Assembly: GCA_030390025.1 (NCBI GenBank)
Contig: CM059432.1
Coordinates: 44,394,001-44,458,000, forward strand
Source: Squalus acanthias
Taxonomy: Eukaryota
Length of the DNA: 64,000 nt
Direction of reading: 5' to 3'
Shown here piece by piece: positions 1-12,470 of the stretch; positions within the stretch are counted from its first letter, which is position 1; each line of letters starts with the position of its first letter. Made by a program: the position numbers and the translations under genes. The notes below the pieces were generated by a model. The model was not told the DNA's origin. It saw only the letters and a list, made by a program, of their open reading frames with translations, and did not search any database.

Positions 1-135
1 TGGCCTTGCTGGTCCACCTTGAGGAGCTGGTGGCTGGGAGTGTGAAATCAATCTTTTTCTTCTTCTTCTTCTTCACTCTCCTCTCCCTCTTCTTGGTCAC
101 CCACTGGTTGGACAGGCTGCATTTCTTGGGGTGAG
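1..135 (-). pseudogene. Acidic C-terminal tail remnant, probably of a Harbinger transposase
   Basis: Minus strand reads QEMQPVQPVGDQEEGEESEEEEEEKD*, resembling the poly-Glu tails of the transposases near 28570-28670 and 45020-45065. Confidence 0.4.
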
Positions 136-279
136 GTGAGACATTTTACTACATTAACTGCACTATATAAATGCAAGTTGTTGTTCTTGAGATTCGAACC
201 ATCATCAATATCCAAAAACTCAACTGGAGACCTCGGGAGGCATGTAGGTGCAAGTGGAATGGCAACTTGTAGATTATTT

Positions 280-891
280 GGGGGGAAAATTGGGTTGCTT
301 TGCGCCTCCCATTAGCGCCCGGGCGTGGCGTCGCCCATACCTCCCGTGAAATTCAGCGGGAGGTTAGTAGTGGCGCTAACTGGGAGCGCCCCGCGGCGCT
401 GCGCCGCCGGCGATGACATCATTGCCGTGCGCAGCGCCCTGCCCGTGCCCCGGCCACGATCTTTGGGAGTGCCCCCTGACTTACCACCGGATGCTATGTC
501 TGACAGGGTCAGGGGGGCCTACCTGCGGCCGGGGAGGCGCAATTTAAAGGCGAGGTGCGGGGCGGCCATTTTTGTTGCTGGCCGCCTGCCAGCACCTGCC
601 TGCGCTGCCGTTCCCGGCCTCCTGAACGGCTCCCCCCGCGGAGTGCCGGCTGCGCTCCAACAGTCCGGCAGTTCTCTTGAGTGCCGGGCTCTTTTGCCGG
701 CACTCCCGATCCCCGTGGGCCGAGCTGGGCCCCGGGTCGTGCTGCGCAAGGCCCCTCCCTTTAAGAACGGGAGGAAGGCCTGTATGGCACTGCGGCACGT
801 TGCGCCGCAATATTGACTCGCAGCGAGGGTGTTAATTTTTCTGGGGCACTAAAAGTAGCGCCCCGGCGTAGTTAGCGCCCCATTTTAGCCC
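280..891. mobile_element. GC-rich Harbinger-type MITE
   Basis: Ends GGGGGAAAATTGGG / CCCCATTTTAGCCC form an imperfect TIR, with TTT on both flanks; the left end resembles the start of the Harbinger at 43480. Confidence 0.65.
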
Positions 892-1054
892 TTTGTCTTT
901 TAACTGCACAGGGACGTAAGGGAGGTGTGACTTTTTAGGATGGTTAGATGTCTGTAAAGTTGAAGGTGATCATATTCATCTGTAGAAAGGAATACGGCCT
1001 AGGGTGATGAAAATTAACTTGTGCACAGGAGTGTTAGAATGCCTGTGATAGTTC

Positions 1055-1511
1055 ATGAGCAAGGACGAGGCCCAGGAGCGAGGACGAGGCCCGGGAGCGA
1101 GGACGAGGCCCGGGACCGAGGACGAGCCCAGCAGCGAGGTCGAGGCCCAGGAGTGGCGCAGCGTGGACCAGCAGCGGGGTCGGGAGGACCGCACTGCAGC
1201 CTATGAAACCCAGGCAGAGAGGACCTGCGGGAAGGAGGGAGGAGGACAGTAGGAGTATGTTTGTGTGTGTGTGCTAGGCCGATGTAGCAGAGCCTGGTCT
1301 CCAATCGTCTTGGATCCCCTTGCAATTGGACCAAGACCTTGCTCTGTTAAGCCCGTGTGGTAGCTGGTGTGCAACGGCCACCCCCACGTTAAAAGAATTC
1401 ACGCACAGGCATCTTCCACCCTTTAAAATGAAGTTCGGGATCTGGAACGTCAGGACCCTCATGGACAACTCCAACAGTGACAGACCGGAACGCCGTACTG
1501 CTATTGTTGCC
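1055..1511 (+). mobile_element. 5' fragment of an RTE-clade LINE (tandem-repeat 5' region plus APE N-terminus)
   Basis: ~19-bp GAGGACGAGGCCCRGGAGC repeats, then MKFGIWNVRTLMDNSNSDRPERRTAIVA (APE WNVRT motif); breaks off at ~1511. Confidence 0.75.
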
Positions 1512-3145
1512 CTACAAAGCTTTACTCTTCCTTATTCTGCTGCTCCTACATGGTGCAACCTGTGTGGCAGAAGCAGAGGTAGAGGCAGGCTGCTTAGATC
1601 CCTGCTCTGACTGCTGAGATGCTCTTGGCCTACATCCTCTGGGTGTTGGAGCTTGTGAGGGTGCCGCCAATGACTGCTCCACCTGCACCTGTGCAAGGGC
1701 AGACTCAGCCATCGGGACACGAGGCAGCATGTGGGCTACTGACTGAGTGGTGGGCTGGGGGTGAGAAGTGGAAACACTTTGAGTGGAGTCCCCACTTCCA
1801 TGTCCCCTTTCGCCATCATCCTTCTCATGGCCCAGCCACACTTCACTACTACCACTGTGCTGGAGAGCACTTTGGTGTGGATCAGTGCAGCTTTGCAAGG
1901 CCAAGGCTACGGTATCTGTCAACCTATTTAAGGTGGCAGACATGTTGGCATCCAGAGTCTGCACGGTGCTTTACCAGGCGTGCATGGACACATGTGATTG
2001 GAGCGTTTGACGGTTCATGGCACTGGCCACTCTATCCATGAAAGAAGACATCATCCCAATGGCCTGTGACATTGCCCCCCTCATGCTTAAGGTGGACTCC
2101 TCCAATCGCGCTGCGATTGTGGTGAGTGTGCTTTGAAGGCCTGTCAGTGCATTGCACATTGTCTGCTGGTGCTCAATGATTCTCCTCTTTATCGACGGCC
2201 TCCGGGGTACAGCATTTGTGTCCAACTGAGCAGAGCTTGGAGAGGGCTGTGCCCTCTGACACGGATTCTCCACTGCTGTCCCTGTCTCCAACGTCTGCTC
2301 TTGCTCACTTGACACTGTCTGCCTTATGGGTCCCACCAAAATGTGAGTATCTGAGCTGGTGCATGGTATGCATGAGTCCTGTGACGATGCACCCTCAGAA
2401 GGACTCAGTTTCTCTGAGGACTCGTCGCCCGCCATGCCCACTGACTTCTGCTGCACGCGTGAAGGCTCTGTAAGAGATAAAAGACATGAATTAGTTGTGG
2501 CAAGGTAAGAATGTTGCAAGTTATCATGATGAAGATGATCATATTTCACTCACTATTGAAACAAAGTCAAGATGACTGATGGCCGTATAACATGTAGGTC
2601 GCTTTTATTTAATTGTGTCACCAGGTAGCTGGGAACTCCCTGTCTCCCCATCTCCGACAGGCAGGGACACCATAACTCCACTGATTTCTAGGGTTGTATT
2701 CCCTAGAATTAAAAGGTTAAGGGGTGATCTGATCGAAGTTTTCAAGATATTAAGGGGAACTGATAGGGTAAACATAGAAGATAGGAGCAGGAGTAGGCCA
2801 TTCGGCCCCTCGAGCCTGCTCCGCCATTTAATGAGATCATGGCTGATCATCCAAATTCAGTACCCTGTCCCTGCTTTCTCCCCATATCCCTTGATCCCTT
2901 TAGCCTTAAGAAATATATCTAACTCCTTTTTGAATATATTTAATGAATTGGCCTCAACTGCCTTCTGTGGTAGAGAATTCCACAGGTTCACCACTCTCTG
3001 GGTGAAGAAATTCCTCCTCATCTCAGTCCTAAATGGCTTACCCCTTATCCTTAGACTGTGACCCCTGGTTCTGGACTCCCCCGCCATCGGGAACATCCTT
3101 CCTGCATCTAGTCTGTCTAGTCCTGTTAGAATTTTATAAGTTTCA

Positions 3146-5868
3146 TAGATACATAGATACATAGAAGATAGGAGCAGGAGTAGGCCATCCGGCCCTTCGA
3201 GCCTGCTCCGCCATTTAATGAGATCATGGCTGATCCTCCAATTCAGTATCCCGTCCCCGCCTTCTCTCCGTAACCCTTAACCCCTTTTGCCTGTAGAAAT
3301 ATATCTAATTCCCTCTTAAATATATTTAATGAGCTGGCGTACACTGCCCTCTGTGGCAATGAGTTCCACAGGTTCACCACCCTCTGAGTGAAGAAATTCC
3401 CCCTCATTTCTGTCCTAAATGGTTTAGCCCTTATCCTTAAATTATGTCCTCTAGTTCTGTTCTCACCCGCCAAGGGAAACATTCCTTCTGCATCTAGTCT
3501 GTCTAGACCTGTCAGAATTTTATACACTTCTATGAGGTCCCCTCTCAATCTTCTAAACTCCAGTGTGTACATCCCTAAACTACATAGTCTCTCCTCATAG
3601 GTCAATCCCGCCATTCCTGGTATCAGCCTGGTGAATCGCCGCTGCACCCCCTCCATGGCAAGAACATCTTTCCTCAGATGAGGCGACCAAAACTGTACAC
3701 AGTACTCGAGGTGTGGTCTCACCAGTGCCCTGTACAGCTGCAGCAAGGTATCCCTGTTCCTGTATTCCAACCCTTTTGCTATGAAGGCCAGCATACCGTT
3801 TGCCTTCTTGACCGCCTGTTGCACCTGCATGCTCGCCTTCAGTGACTGGTGTACAAGAACACCCAGGTCTCTCTGTACTTCCCCCTCTCCCAATTTATTG
3901 CCATTTAAATAATAATTTGCCCTCCCGTTCCTGCACCCAAGGTGGATAACTTCGCACTTGTCCACATTATAGTGCATCTGCCATTTATCCGCCCAATCAC
4001 CCAGTCTGTCCAAATCGCTCTGGAGCTTCCTGGTCTCCTCCTCTGAGCCCACCCCCCCTCCTAGTTTAGTGTCGTCTGCAAATTTGGAAATGCTGCATCC
4101 GACTCCCTGATCCAGGTCATTAATGTAAATTGTGAACAGCTGGGGACCCAGGACAGATCCCTGTGGTACCCCACTTGTTACTGCCTGCCATTCAGAAAAT
4201 GAGCCGTTTATTCCAACTCTCTGTTTTCTATCTGACAGCCAGTTCTCTATCCACGTCAATACTTTCCCCTTTATCCCATGAGCTTCAATTTTCCATGCTA
4301 ATCTTTTATGTGGGACCTTATCGAAGGCCTTTTGGAAGTCCAGGTACACCACATCTACTGGCTCTCCCCCATCTATTTTACCAGTTACTCCCTCAAAAAA
4401 TTCCAATAGATTAGTCAAGCACGATTTACCCTTTGTAAATCCATGTTGACTCTGTCCTATCCTGTCCCCATTTGCTAAGTGCTCCGCTATTTCATCCTCA
4501 ATGATGGACTCCAGCATTTTGCCCACAACTGATGTAAGGCTTACAGGTCTGTAATTACCTACTTTTTCCCTACCCCCCTTTTTGAATAGTGGGGTAACGT
4601 TAGCTACCCTCCAATCCATGGGCACTGTTCCCGAGTCTAATGAATTCTGAAAAATCATACTTAGTGCATCCGCTATCTCTAGGGCCACCTCCTTCAGTAC
4701 CCTAGGATGCATGTTATCAGGCCCTGGGGATTTGTCCGCCTTCAATCCCTTTAGCTTCCTTAACACCATATCCTTAGAGATATTGATTTGCGTCAGTTCC
4801 TCCTTTGCCAATGTCCCTATTTTTCCCGATATCCCAGGGAGGTTATTTGTGTCTTCCTTCGTAAAGACTGACCCAAAGTATGCATTTAGTTGGCCTGCCA
4901 TTTCCTTATTTCCCGTTATATATTCCCCCGTATCTGACTGCAATGGACCAACTTTGGTTTTCACCAGTCTTTTCCTCTTGATATACTTATAAAAGCTTTT
5001 GGAGTTAGTTTTTATATTTTCCGCCAGCTTGCTTTCGTAAGCTATTTTGCCCCTCTTGATTAAGCCCTTTGTCCTCCTTTGCTCTATCTTAAACTGTTCC
5101 CAATCTTCCGCTCTGGCGCTTTTTTTGGCTATTTTATATGCCCTATCTTTGGATTTTATGCTGTCTCTAATTTCCCCTGTTATCCACGGTTGAGTCACCT
5201 TTTTAGATTTCCTTTTATGCCAGATTGGTATAAACAATTTTTGCAATTTTGTCATTCTATCTTTAAATGCTTGCCATTGTTTATCTACCTCCAGTCCTCC
5301 CAGGAACGTTGTCCAATCAGACCTACTCAGTTCCCGTCTAATGGCATCATAATTCCCCTTGTTTAAATTCAGGACCTTAGTCTCTGAGTCAATTTCTTCG
5401 CTCTCCATTTCGAGTGAGAAATCGATCATGTTATGATCGCTCTGACCCAAGGGTCCCTGTACAACAAGATTACTAATTAGTCCCTTCTCATTGCACAGTA
5501 CCCAGTCCAATATAGCCTGTTCCCGAGTTGGTTCCTCGACATATTGATCCAGATAACCATCCCTTTAACACTCAAGGAATTCCTCCTCCTTATTATTTTT
5601 ACTGATTAGGCTAGTCCAATCTATATGTAAGTTAAAGTCACCTATGATGACAGCTGTGCTCTTATTGCACGCTTCTCTAATTTCCCTCGTGATGCCCTCC
5701 CCATCCTCTATTTTACTATTTGGAGGCCTATATACCACTCCTATTAATGTTTTTCGCCCCTCGCTATTTCTTAGCTCCACCCATATAGATTCTGTATTAA
5801 CTGAGTTAATATCCTTCCTTTCAATTGCATTTATCCCCTCTTTTACCAGCAATGCTACCCCTCCTCCC
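3146..5868 (-). mobile_element. Young 5'-truncated CR1 LINE (innermost)
   Basis: TTTCA repeated at 3141-3145 and 5869-5873; (TCTATGTA)n tail. Confidence 0.92.
3243..5852 (-). pseudogene. CR1 ORF2 (partial APE endonuclease plus reverse transcriptase) with a single in-frame stop
   Basis: 755-aa open frame 3243-5510 is in frame with ORF 5565-5852 (GVVYRPP, GDFN); the only disruption is a TAA at 5565-5567. Confidence 0.92.
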
Positions 5869-8199
5869 TTTCAATGAGATCCCCTCTCATTCTTCTGAAC
5901 TCTAGCGAATACAAGCCCAATCGTCCCAATCACTCTTCATATGTCATTCCTGCCATCCCAGGTATCAGTCTGGTGAATCTTCGTTGCACTCCCTCCATGG
6001 CAAGAACATCCTTCCTCAGATAAGGCGACCAAAACTGCACACAATACTCAAGGTGTGGTCTCACCAAGGCCCTGTACAACTGCAGCAAGACATCCTTGCT
6101 CCTGTACTCGAATCCTCTCGCTATGAAGGCCAACATACCATTTGCCTTCTTAACCGCCTGCTGCACCTGCATGCTTACCTTCAATGACTGGTGCACAAGG
6201 ACTCCCAGGTCTTGTTGCACTTCCCCTTTTCCCAATCTATTGCCGTTCAGATAATAATCTGCCTTCCTGTTTTGCCACCAAATTTATCCACATTATACTG
6301 CATCTGCCATGCATCTGCCCACTCACCCAACTTGTCCAAATCATACTGGAGTTTCTCTGCATCCTCCTCACAACACATACGCCCACCCAGCTTTGTGTCG
6401 TCTGCAAACTTGGAGATATTACATCTAGTTCCCTTCTCTAGATCATTAATATATATTGTGAATAGCTGGGGTCCTAGCACCGATCCCTGTGGTACCCCAC
6501 TAGTCACTGCCTGCCACTCGGAAAAAGACCCGTTTATTCCAACTCTTTGCTTCCTGTCTGCCAACCAGTTCTCTATCCAAGTCAGTACCTTACCCCTAAT
6601 CCCATGTGCTTTAACTTTGCACGCTAATCTCTTATGTGGGACCTTATTGAAAGCCTTCTGAAAGTCCAAATACACCACATCCACTGGTTCTCCCTTATCT
6701 ATTCTACCAGTTACATCCTCAAAAATTCCAGTAGATTAGTCAAGCATGATAGGAATATATGAACATAGGAACAGGAGTAAGCCATTCAGCCCTCAAGTCT
6801 GTTCCACCATTCAATGAGATCATGGCTGATGAGGGTAGATAGAGAGAAACTATTTCCACTGGTTGGGGATTCCAGGACTAGGGGGCATAGTCTAAAAATT
6901 AGAGCCAGAACTTTCAGGAGTGAAATTAGGAAGCACTTCTACACACAAAGGGTGGTAAAAGTTTGGAATTCTCTTCCGTAAACGGCAATTGGTGCTAGAT
7001 CAATTGTTAATTTTAAATCTGAGATTAATAGCTTTTTTTTAACCATAGGTATTAAGGGATATGGGCCAAAGGCGGGTATATAGAGTTAGGTCGCACATCA
7101 GCCATGATCTCATTGAATGGTGGAACAGACTCGAGGGCTGAATGGCCTACTCCTGTTCCTATGTTCATATATTGCTGTGATCTCCAGCGTCTCCTCCTCT
7201 GCAGTTGTCAGCTGCGTGATCTACGGAGGGCCCTCTCCAGTTCTCTCCCTCTCCCTGATGTGTTCTGTGCTCTCTTCTTCTGCAAGGAGGGAAAGAAGTG
7301 ATGTGACTGTAAGGACATGTGTTGATCTGATGGATGGAGAGCATTTGGTGGGGGTGACTATGAGGGAGAGGCATGACATTGCATAACGATGAGGGTGAGT
7401 GGGCGTGGTGGCTGGACAGATGGGGATGTGATGAAGTGGATACAAAGAGAAAGATGGGTGCACTTGCAAGGTAAGTGGGTGTGAGGAGTGATGTGATAGA
7501 GTAGGCTTGAGAAGGCAAAGTGCGGGGATGGGTTGATGGGCACAGCAGGATGCAGGTGAATGTTGCACTGTACTCACCGTTCCTGCCCTGCTTAGGCCAT
7601 TAAACCACTTTCTGCATTGAATCCAGGAGCATGGCACCACACTCCTGCTGCTGACCCCCTCGGCAACCTCTTTGTCTCAGCAGCAGGCTTCTTTCTCCTG
7701 TTGCTAGGGAAGAGTATCTGCCTCCAGCTCCTCACAGCCCCCAGCAGCACATCCAGGGAGGCGTCCATGAAGCGGGGCACAGCCTTTGCCCGTTTCGACT
7801 CCATTGCAACACTTTCAGTTCTCTGGCAGCCAACTCCAATTCCTTCAACTTACATCTTTGGATTGTCCCTTTAAATACTGGAGTTGAGATTGCGTCATGG
7901 CCACATCATGCCTGCTGCCACTGATTGTATGGGAAACCCGGAAGGAAAATGATAATGAGGTGGCTGAGTTAAAAAGCCACTAACAGATGCACTTAATGCA
8001 TTTACGGGTCCCCCCCTCCACCCCCCCCCCCCCCCCCCCCCCCCCCACTCTCAACGCGCTTGCACATTAAAATCCAGCCCATTGTGTCAGATGTTTTAGC
8101 AACTGCAGCACAAAATTCTGACCTGAATTTGTAACTTTTTGTTTTTATTTATTTGCTCTTGCTTTGTATTTTCACCAATTTTCTCATCTTCCCTCAAGA

Positions 8200-8535
8200 T
8201 GTTGACCTCTTGCTTGGGTAAGGTTCCAGAGAGGGCAGTTGCTCAGGTAACCATACTTTTATGTGAATCTAGATAGTTGGCAAGACATTCAACTGTGATA
8301 GGCATCACAGCTGAGTTACTATCCACACATGCACCAGGAAAGGTCACTGGATAGCAGTCAGCAGCAGAAGCCCTGGCCAATTTTCATCTCCCTCACACAG
8401 GAGCACTGAAGCTAATTGTACTGCTAACCATCACCTCGGCTGAGTTTCACTAGTTTAATGCAGATTCGGGATTAAACCTGGAACTTTCCTGGTCCATTGC
8501 ACAATGCCAACTTCAGTTGATTCATCAGGGGAGCC
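8200..8535 (-). mobile_element. Old tRNA-derived SINE remnant
   Basis: B-box-like CCAGGTTTAATCCC on the minus strand near 8468-8482; body degenerate. Confidence 0.4.
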
Positions 8536-8894
8536 TTGTTTAAAAGTTTTTAAAATTTAAATGAAACAATTACTGTGTTGATATAGCAGTGATGTAGTGA
8601 TGCCAATAATAGACTCAAAGTTAACTTTGCAGAAACTAAAGCATCTTGTGAGAACGATACTGGATTATTTTAGTCCAAATCCAATGTTGCACTTTGCTTA
8701 CATACCACAGGCACTCTACTCCAAATGTAGTCCATTGTTCGAAGTGCTTTGAGGTATTTTGATGTGATGGTGTTTTATATAAGTTGAAGTATTATCAATA
8801 CCAAACATACCATTGAGTACAAGAGGTGCAAACAGTCGCATCTCCACCTCAGGACTTAGCTTCCATGAGATGAGGGCACCTTAGTTCTAAAAGG

Positions 8895-10512
8895 TGTAGA
8901 ATTCGCAATATATCGCGATTTTATAAATAAGGAGAAAACACATAGTTTCGTTCAAACAGCTTTATTTCAGCAGAATGCTGTCAGGTTTTCAAAGTGGACA
9001 CAAGCAGCCTGTAAAATGGCCTCCACGCCTCGTGGCAGAACATTCTAGACTTTTCGATAAGCAGACAAGATGGCGTTCCAATAAACATTTGTACGAGATC
9101 GATGAAGACTCAGCACATTTGAGATAATACACGAGACATTATGGGTTTGCAGTATACACATAAATACTGAAATCGGTCTCCCAGGTGCGAATAAGGGCTA
9201 TTGTACCAAGTGATCAAGAACCCATCCAAAGACATTAATATGCAAAATCCCCACGACTCTACGATGAGAGAGCCGTTAGCGGGTAGTTACAGAAAACATT
9301 TGGAAGCCCCAAAACCCCTCCAGGGAGAATTCTGACCGGTTACACATTGGGAAAAGTATTAACAGGTACTCAGACAGTTACGAGTATCCCCGAAACCCAT
9401 TAAAACGAAGATCACCCTATACAAGAAATTTGAGCGCCAAACCCTAACAAAAGAAAAGACATTAAGGTTGGGCGGGAAAAGAAGAGTTTTTGCACTATAA
9501 CTGTAAGCTGCAACCGTCCATCTCTCTCTTATCCTTTCGACTCCTTGCCGCTTGCCTCGTGTCTCTGCCTCTTGCAGCTTTAAAGACTGTTGAACTTTAC
9601 GATCCGCCAGGATCTGCCTCGTGGCTTGCCGCGAAGATCTGTGTGGAACTGGGCTGTGAAGCCTTGGAACGGGCACACCATCCCGAGAAATCGGTAAACG
9701 GTGTTGGAACCGAAGGCCCGAGATGAGATGAGATGAGATGAGATGAGAAGAAGACGACCATACGTATCGCCACAGTCAGTAAGCCCCGACCGCGCCTGTA
9801 GGTCGAAGAGACACTTTTCCTTGCCCAGGAAGACTATTCTTCGAATTTTATCGCATCCCTGCGAGGGCACAGGAAGACTCTTTTTTGAGTAGAGTCGGAA
9901 CTCCGAGGACAACACAGATCTTCATGACAGCAGACGGTCCAGCCTGCTAGCCGGAGCAGAAACGAGTAAACAAGTGGGGTACAGAGACCCCTGACCAACA
10001 CGTGGGTGATCAGGTGCTGCGGTGAAAAACATCCGATCAGAGTTTTCGGAATTCTCTGAGTTATCACGAGTGGTGAGCATGAGTCTCGATCCTACAAGTC
10101 TAGTTTAGAGCAGGTATTGATAGGGGAGGGCTTAAGTTTTTTAAGGATAACTGTAATGTGTGCCCCCATTTACGATGTGTCGTTCGTTCCTCGTTTCCCT
10201 GAAATTAGTTACATAACTGCGTGTAAGATTGTACTGTCATTAATCTGTGCTTATGACATGTATTTTGTAATCTTGAATAATATGCAATAAAGATTTTCCA
10301 TTTCGTACCATTCAACCGGGTCTACCTGAGTTTTCTCTCCATTATTGCTCTCGCATCTAAGTCCAGTGTCAGAACCGTAAGGGCGAGTGGGTCGAACCAC
10401 TCACAGGTGTCTAGTGCTCCCAGACTGGCTGGAGACCAGAACAGGCAACAAGGCCTAACCCCGCACTAGCACCCAGGCTGAGCACAGAGCCACTCGGGTC
10501 AAAACCCTTACA
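8895..10512 (+). mobile_element. Solo LTR (1618 bp), ERV or Gypsy
   Basis: TGTA...TACA ends; perfect 4-bp TSD AAGG (8891-8894 and 10513-10516); TATAA near 9497, AATAAA near 10286; CpG retained. Confidence 0.85.
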
Positions 10513-10979
10513 AAGGCTCATCACATAACAGTTGAGCACCGGACACACTCCTGACACTCAGGCAACACCTATAAGGAGCAGGAGATTAGTCTTAAAAGTT
10601 CACATGTCACAGATTGGAACCAAGGGGATGCATGATAATAAGAAGAACTAGGCATATTCACACATCAGGTTAAAAATAAAATACTTGTTGCACTGTGCAT
10701 GCAGACATTGTTATTGGCAAGTTTGGGAAGTGGCTTTAATAGCTGTTTTGATTGGGAGCCATGTGAGTTAAGGTACAGAGAGAAAGGTGTGAAGTGGGGA
10801 CATGTAAACAGGGCTGCTGATGCATTGGCAGATGTGGTGGTCAAGAGAAGGTCTCTCGTATCAGTTTGGCACAAATGTGTTTTGCAGCCAGCATTGCATC
10901 TTATATATCTTTGTGCAGCTGCTTGTCTGTTGGTTTCTCCGGCTGCCTTTGGACACTATCCTCCTCCGGACCCTACTTT

Positions 10980-11720
10980 GTAAGGCAAAGTTGGGTAGCA
11001 TGAAACTTGTCTTCAACATTCCACAATGGTTCTGGTGCAGAATGGACCTTGTTATAGTAGGTGCTTAGTTGGGAAAGCACTCAGGTGTCATCAGCCATGT
11101 CCGCAGAGGTTAGCCTTGATCTCCCAGGATCCAGTCAGATACTTGCCTTTCTGGTCAGAAGACAACAAACACGGTGGACTAAGTTGAAATGGTAATTTCC
11201 AGGGAAACAAGCATTTATATGCAGGTAAATGTTGAGGTAGTTGATGGCATTCTGGGTGCAATCTATGACATCTTGGATTTTGGGGAATCTTGTCACACAA
11301 TAAAACTGCAAAGCCTTGTCACAATGTCCATTGGGGAACGCATATAGTAAGTCATTCTATCAAATATTTCATGTGTTGCTTGCTTGATGCATCTGTGTGC
11401 ACAGCTAATTGGCTAACATTGGAAATGGCCCCAGAAGTGACTGAAAATTACCTTGTTGCAAAGAAAATGAGGATTGCGGTGACCTTTACAGCCACTGGCT
11501 GTAATATGCTTGTGGTGGAAGTGGTCTCTAGGTCGGGTGCCAACATGTGATATAACTCATGGAATGCTTCATGACTGAAACGAAGCCTCTTCATGCATTG
11601 ATTGCCTTGGTACAGAGAGGAGTGCCTGAGTTTGGAGATGCAACTGTGAGGGTACCTGTGGTTGGTGGCAAGACGCCTCTTGTGTTGCCTGATAACCCTG
11701 GCTTCCCTGCATTCCTTCAC
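10980..11720 (-). pseudogene. Highly decayed Harbinger (HARBI1-like) transposase
   Basis: Fragments QCMKRLRFS, PVAVKVTAILIFFA, DCT and WILGDQG*PLRTWLMTP. Confidence 0.7.
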
Positions 11721-11779
11721 CTGCCTCTTATTCCTCTAAGTAACAGATATAAAGGGAGATTTGTGGTGGGAAAATCATG

Positions 11780-12470
11780 AAGTCCAATTTTAACTGCAGG
11801 CAAACAACGGGCAGGTGGTGGCCATTGCTCCAGCTGCCCGCCTGTTGTTACTGCCATGAAGCTTGAGCCATTTTGAGGCCTAGGCCTCATTTACATGCAG
11901 CCAGCAAGCTGTTAGTGCCCCGCTGCAGCTCGCCAGTTGTATGAGGACGGGAGATGTGCTGTGTCAGTCTCTGACCCCACTGACAATAGGAGCGTGGAAG
12001 GGATGCCACCTTAAAAACCACAGGGGTCAATTTTCATGCCTCATGCCGGCAGAAATGGGGTGCTAGTGCCCCAAAAATGGTTGGTAATGACCTACCACCT
12101 TACCACTGGGCAGCCGGATCGGCCCCCTGATTCATGCAGTAGGACCATTTAAAATGTTACTCTGGGTCCTGTGGCGTACATAGAAGTCCGACTGCCATTT
12201 TTGGACTGAACTGGGCAGCGCGTGCTTCATGCATGCTCTGAGTAGTATCAACTAGCAGCCCAGCCGGAGAGGATCCTGAAGGTCAATTCCTCTTTATTTC
12301 TGTGGGGTCGGTAGGTGCAGGAGGGCTCCTCCAGTCTCCACAGACCCAACCTTGGCTGCTGCTGCTGCCACTACAGCTCTCCCCCACCTCCAGACATTGG
12401 GGCCCATCACCATAGAAAGTCACTTACAAAGGCGCCCCTTACAAAGTATTAAGCGTGCCGGCTATTTGGG
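11780..12470. mobile_element. Degenerate GC-rich MITE fragments
   Basis: Harbinger-like end GGGGTCAATTTT at 12023; boundaries uncertain. Confidence 0.35.

Larger units (their letters stand above)
2771..6750 (-). mobile_element. CR1 LINE, middle layer (pieces 2771-3145 and 5874-6750)
   Basis: RT motifs [21 protein letters not shown] and RPHLEYCVQFW; the sequence rejoins across the inner insertion at TTTCA. Confidence 0.9.
2689..7166 (+). mobile_element. CR1 LINE 3' fragment (outermost; pieces 2689-2770 and 6832-7166)
   Basis: RLRGDLIEVFKILRG motif resumes at 6832; CR1 3' hairpin and TTCCTATG tail; TGATTTC / TGATCTC near the two junctions. Confidence 0.8.
1512..8080 (-). mobile_element. Harbinger element carrying a decayed 3-exon Myb/SANT gene, interrupted by a CR1 nest
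   Basis: Exon 1 7804-7578 (MESKRAKAVPRFMDASLDVLL...WIQCRKWFNGL, GTGAGT donor); exon 2 7279-2622 split by CR1 (RERERTG.GPP...EETLEI/SGV); exon 3 from 2467; terminus AAAATCCAGCCC at 8080. Confidence 0.75.

Noticed and set aside
325..816. 163-aa GC-rich ORF
   Set aside because: Lies inside a MITE; no domain motifs; stop-poor because of high GC
1055..1160. Tandem repeats as a possible CRISPR array
   Set aside because: No unique spacers, eukaryotic context, and contiguous with the RTE 5' region
8009..8046. Long poly-C tract (also poly-G near 58886-58905)
   Set aside because: Homopolymer expansions inside repeats; length is unreliable in assemblies
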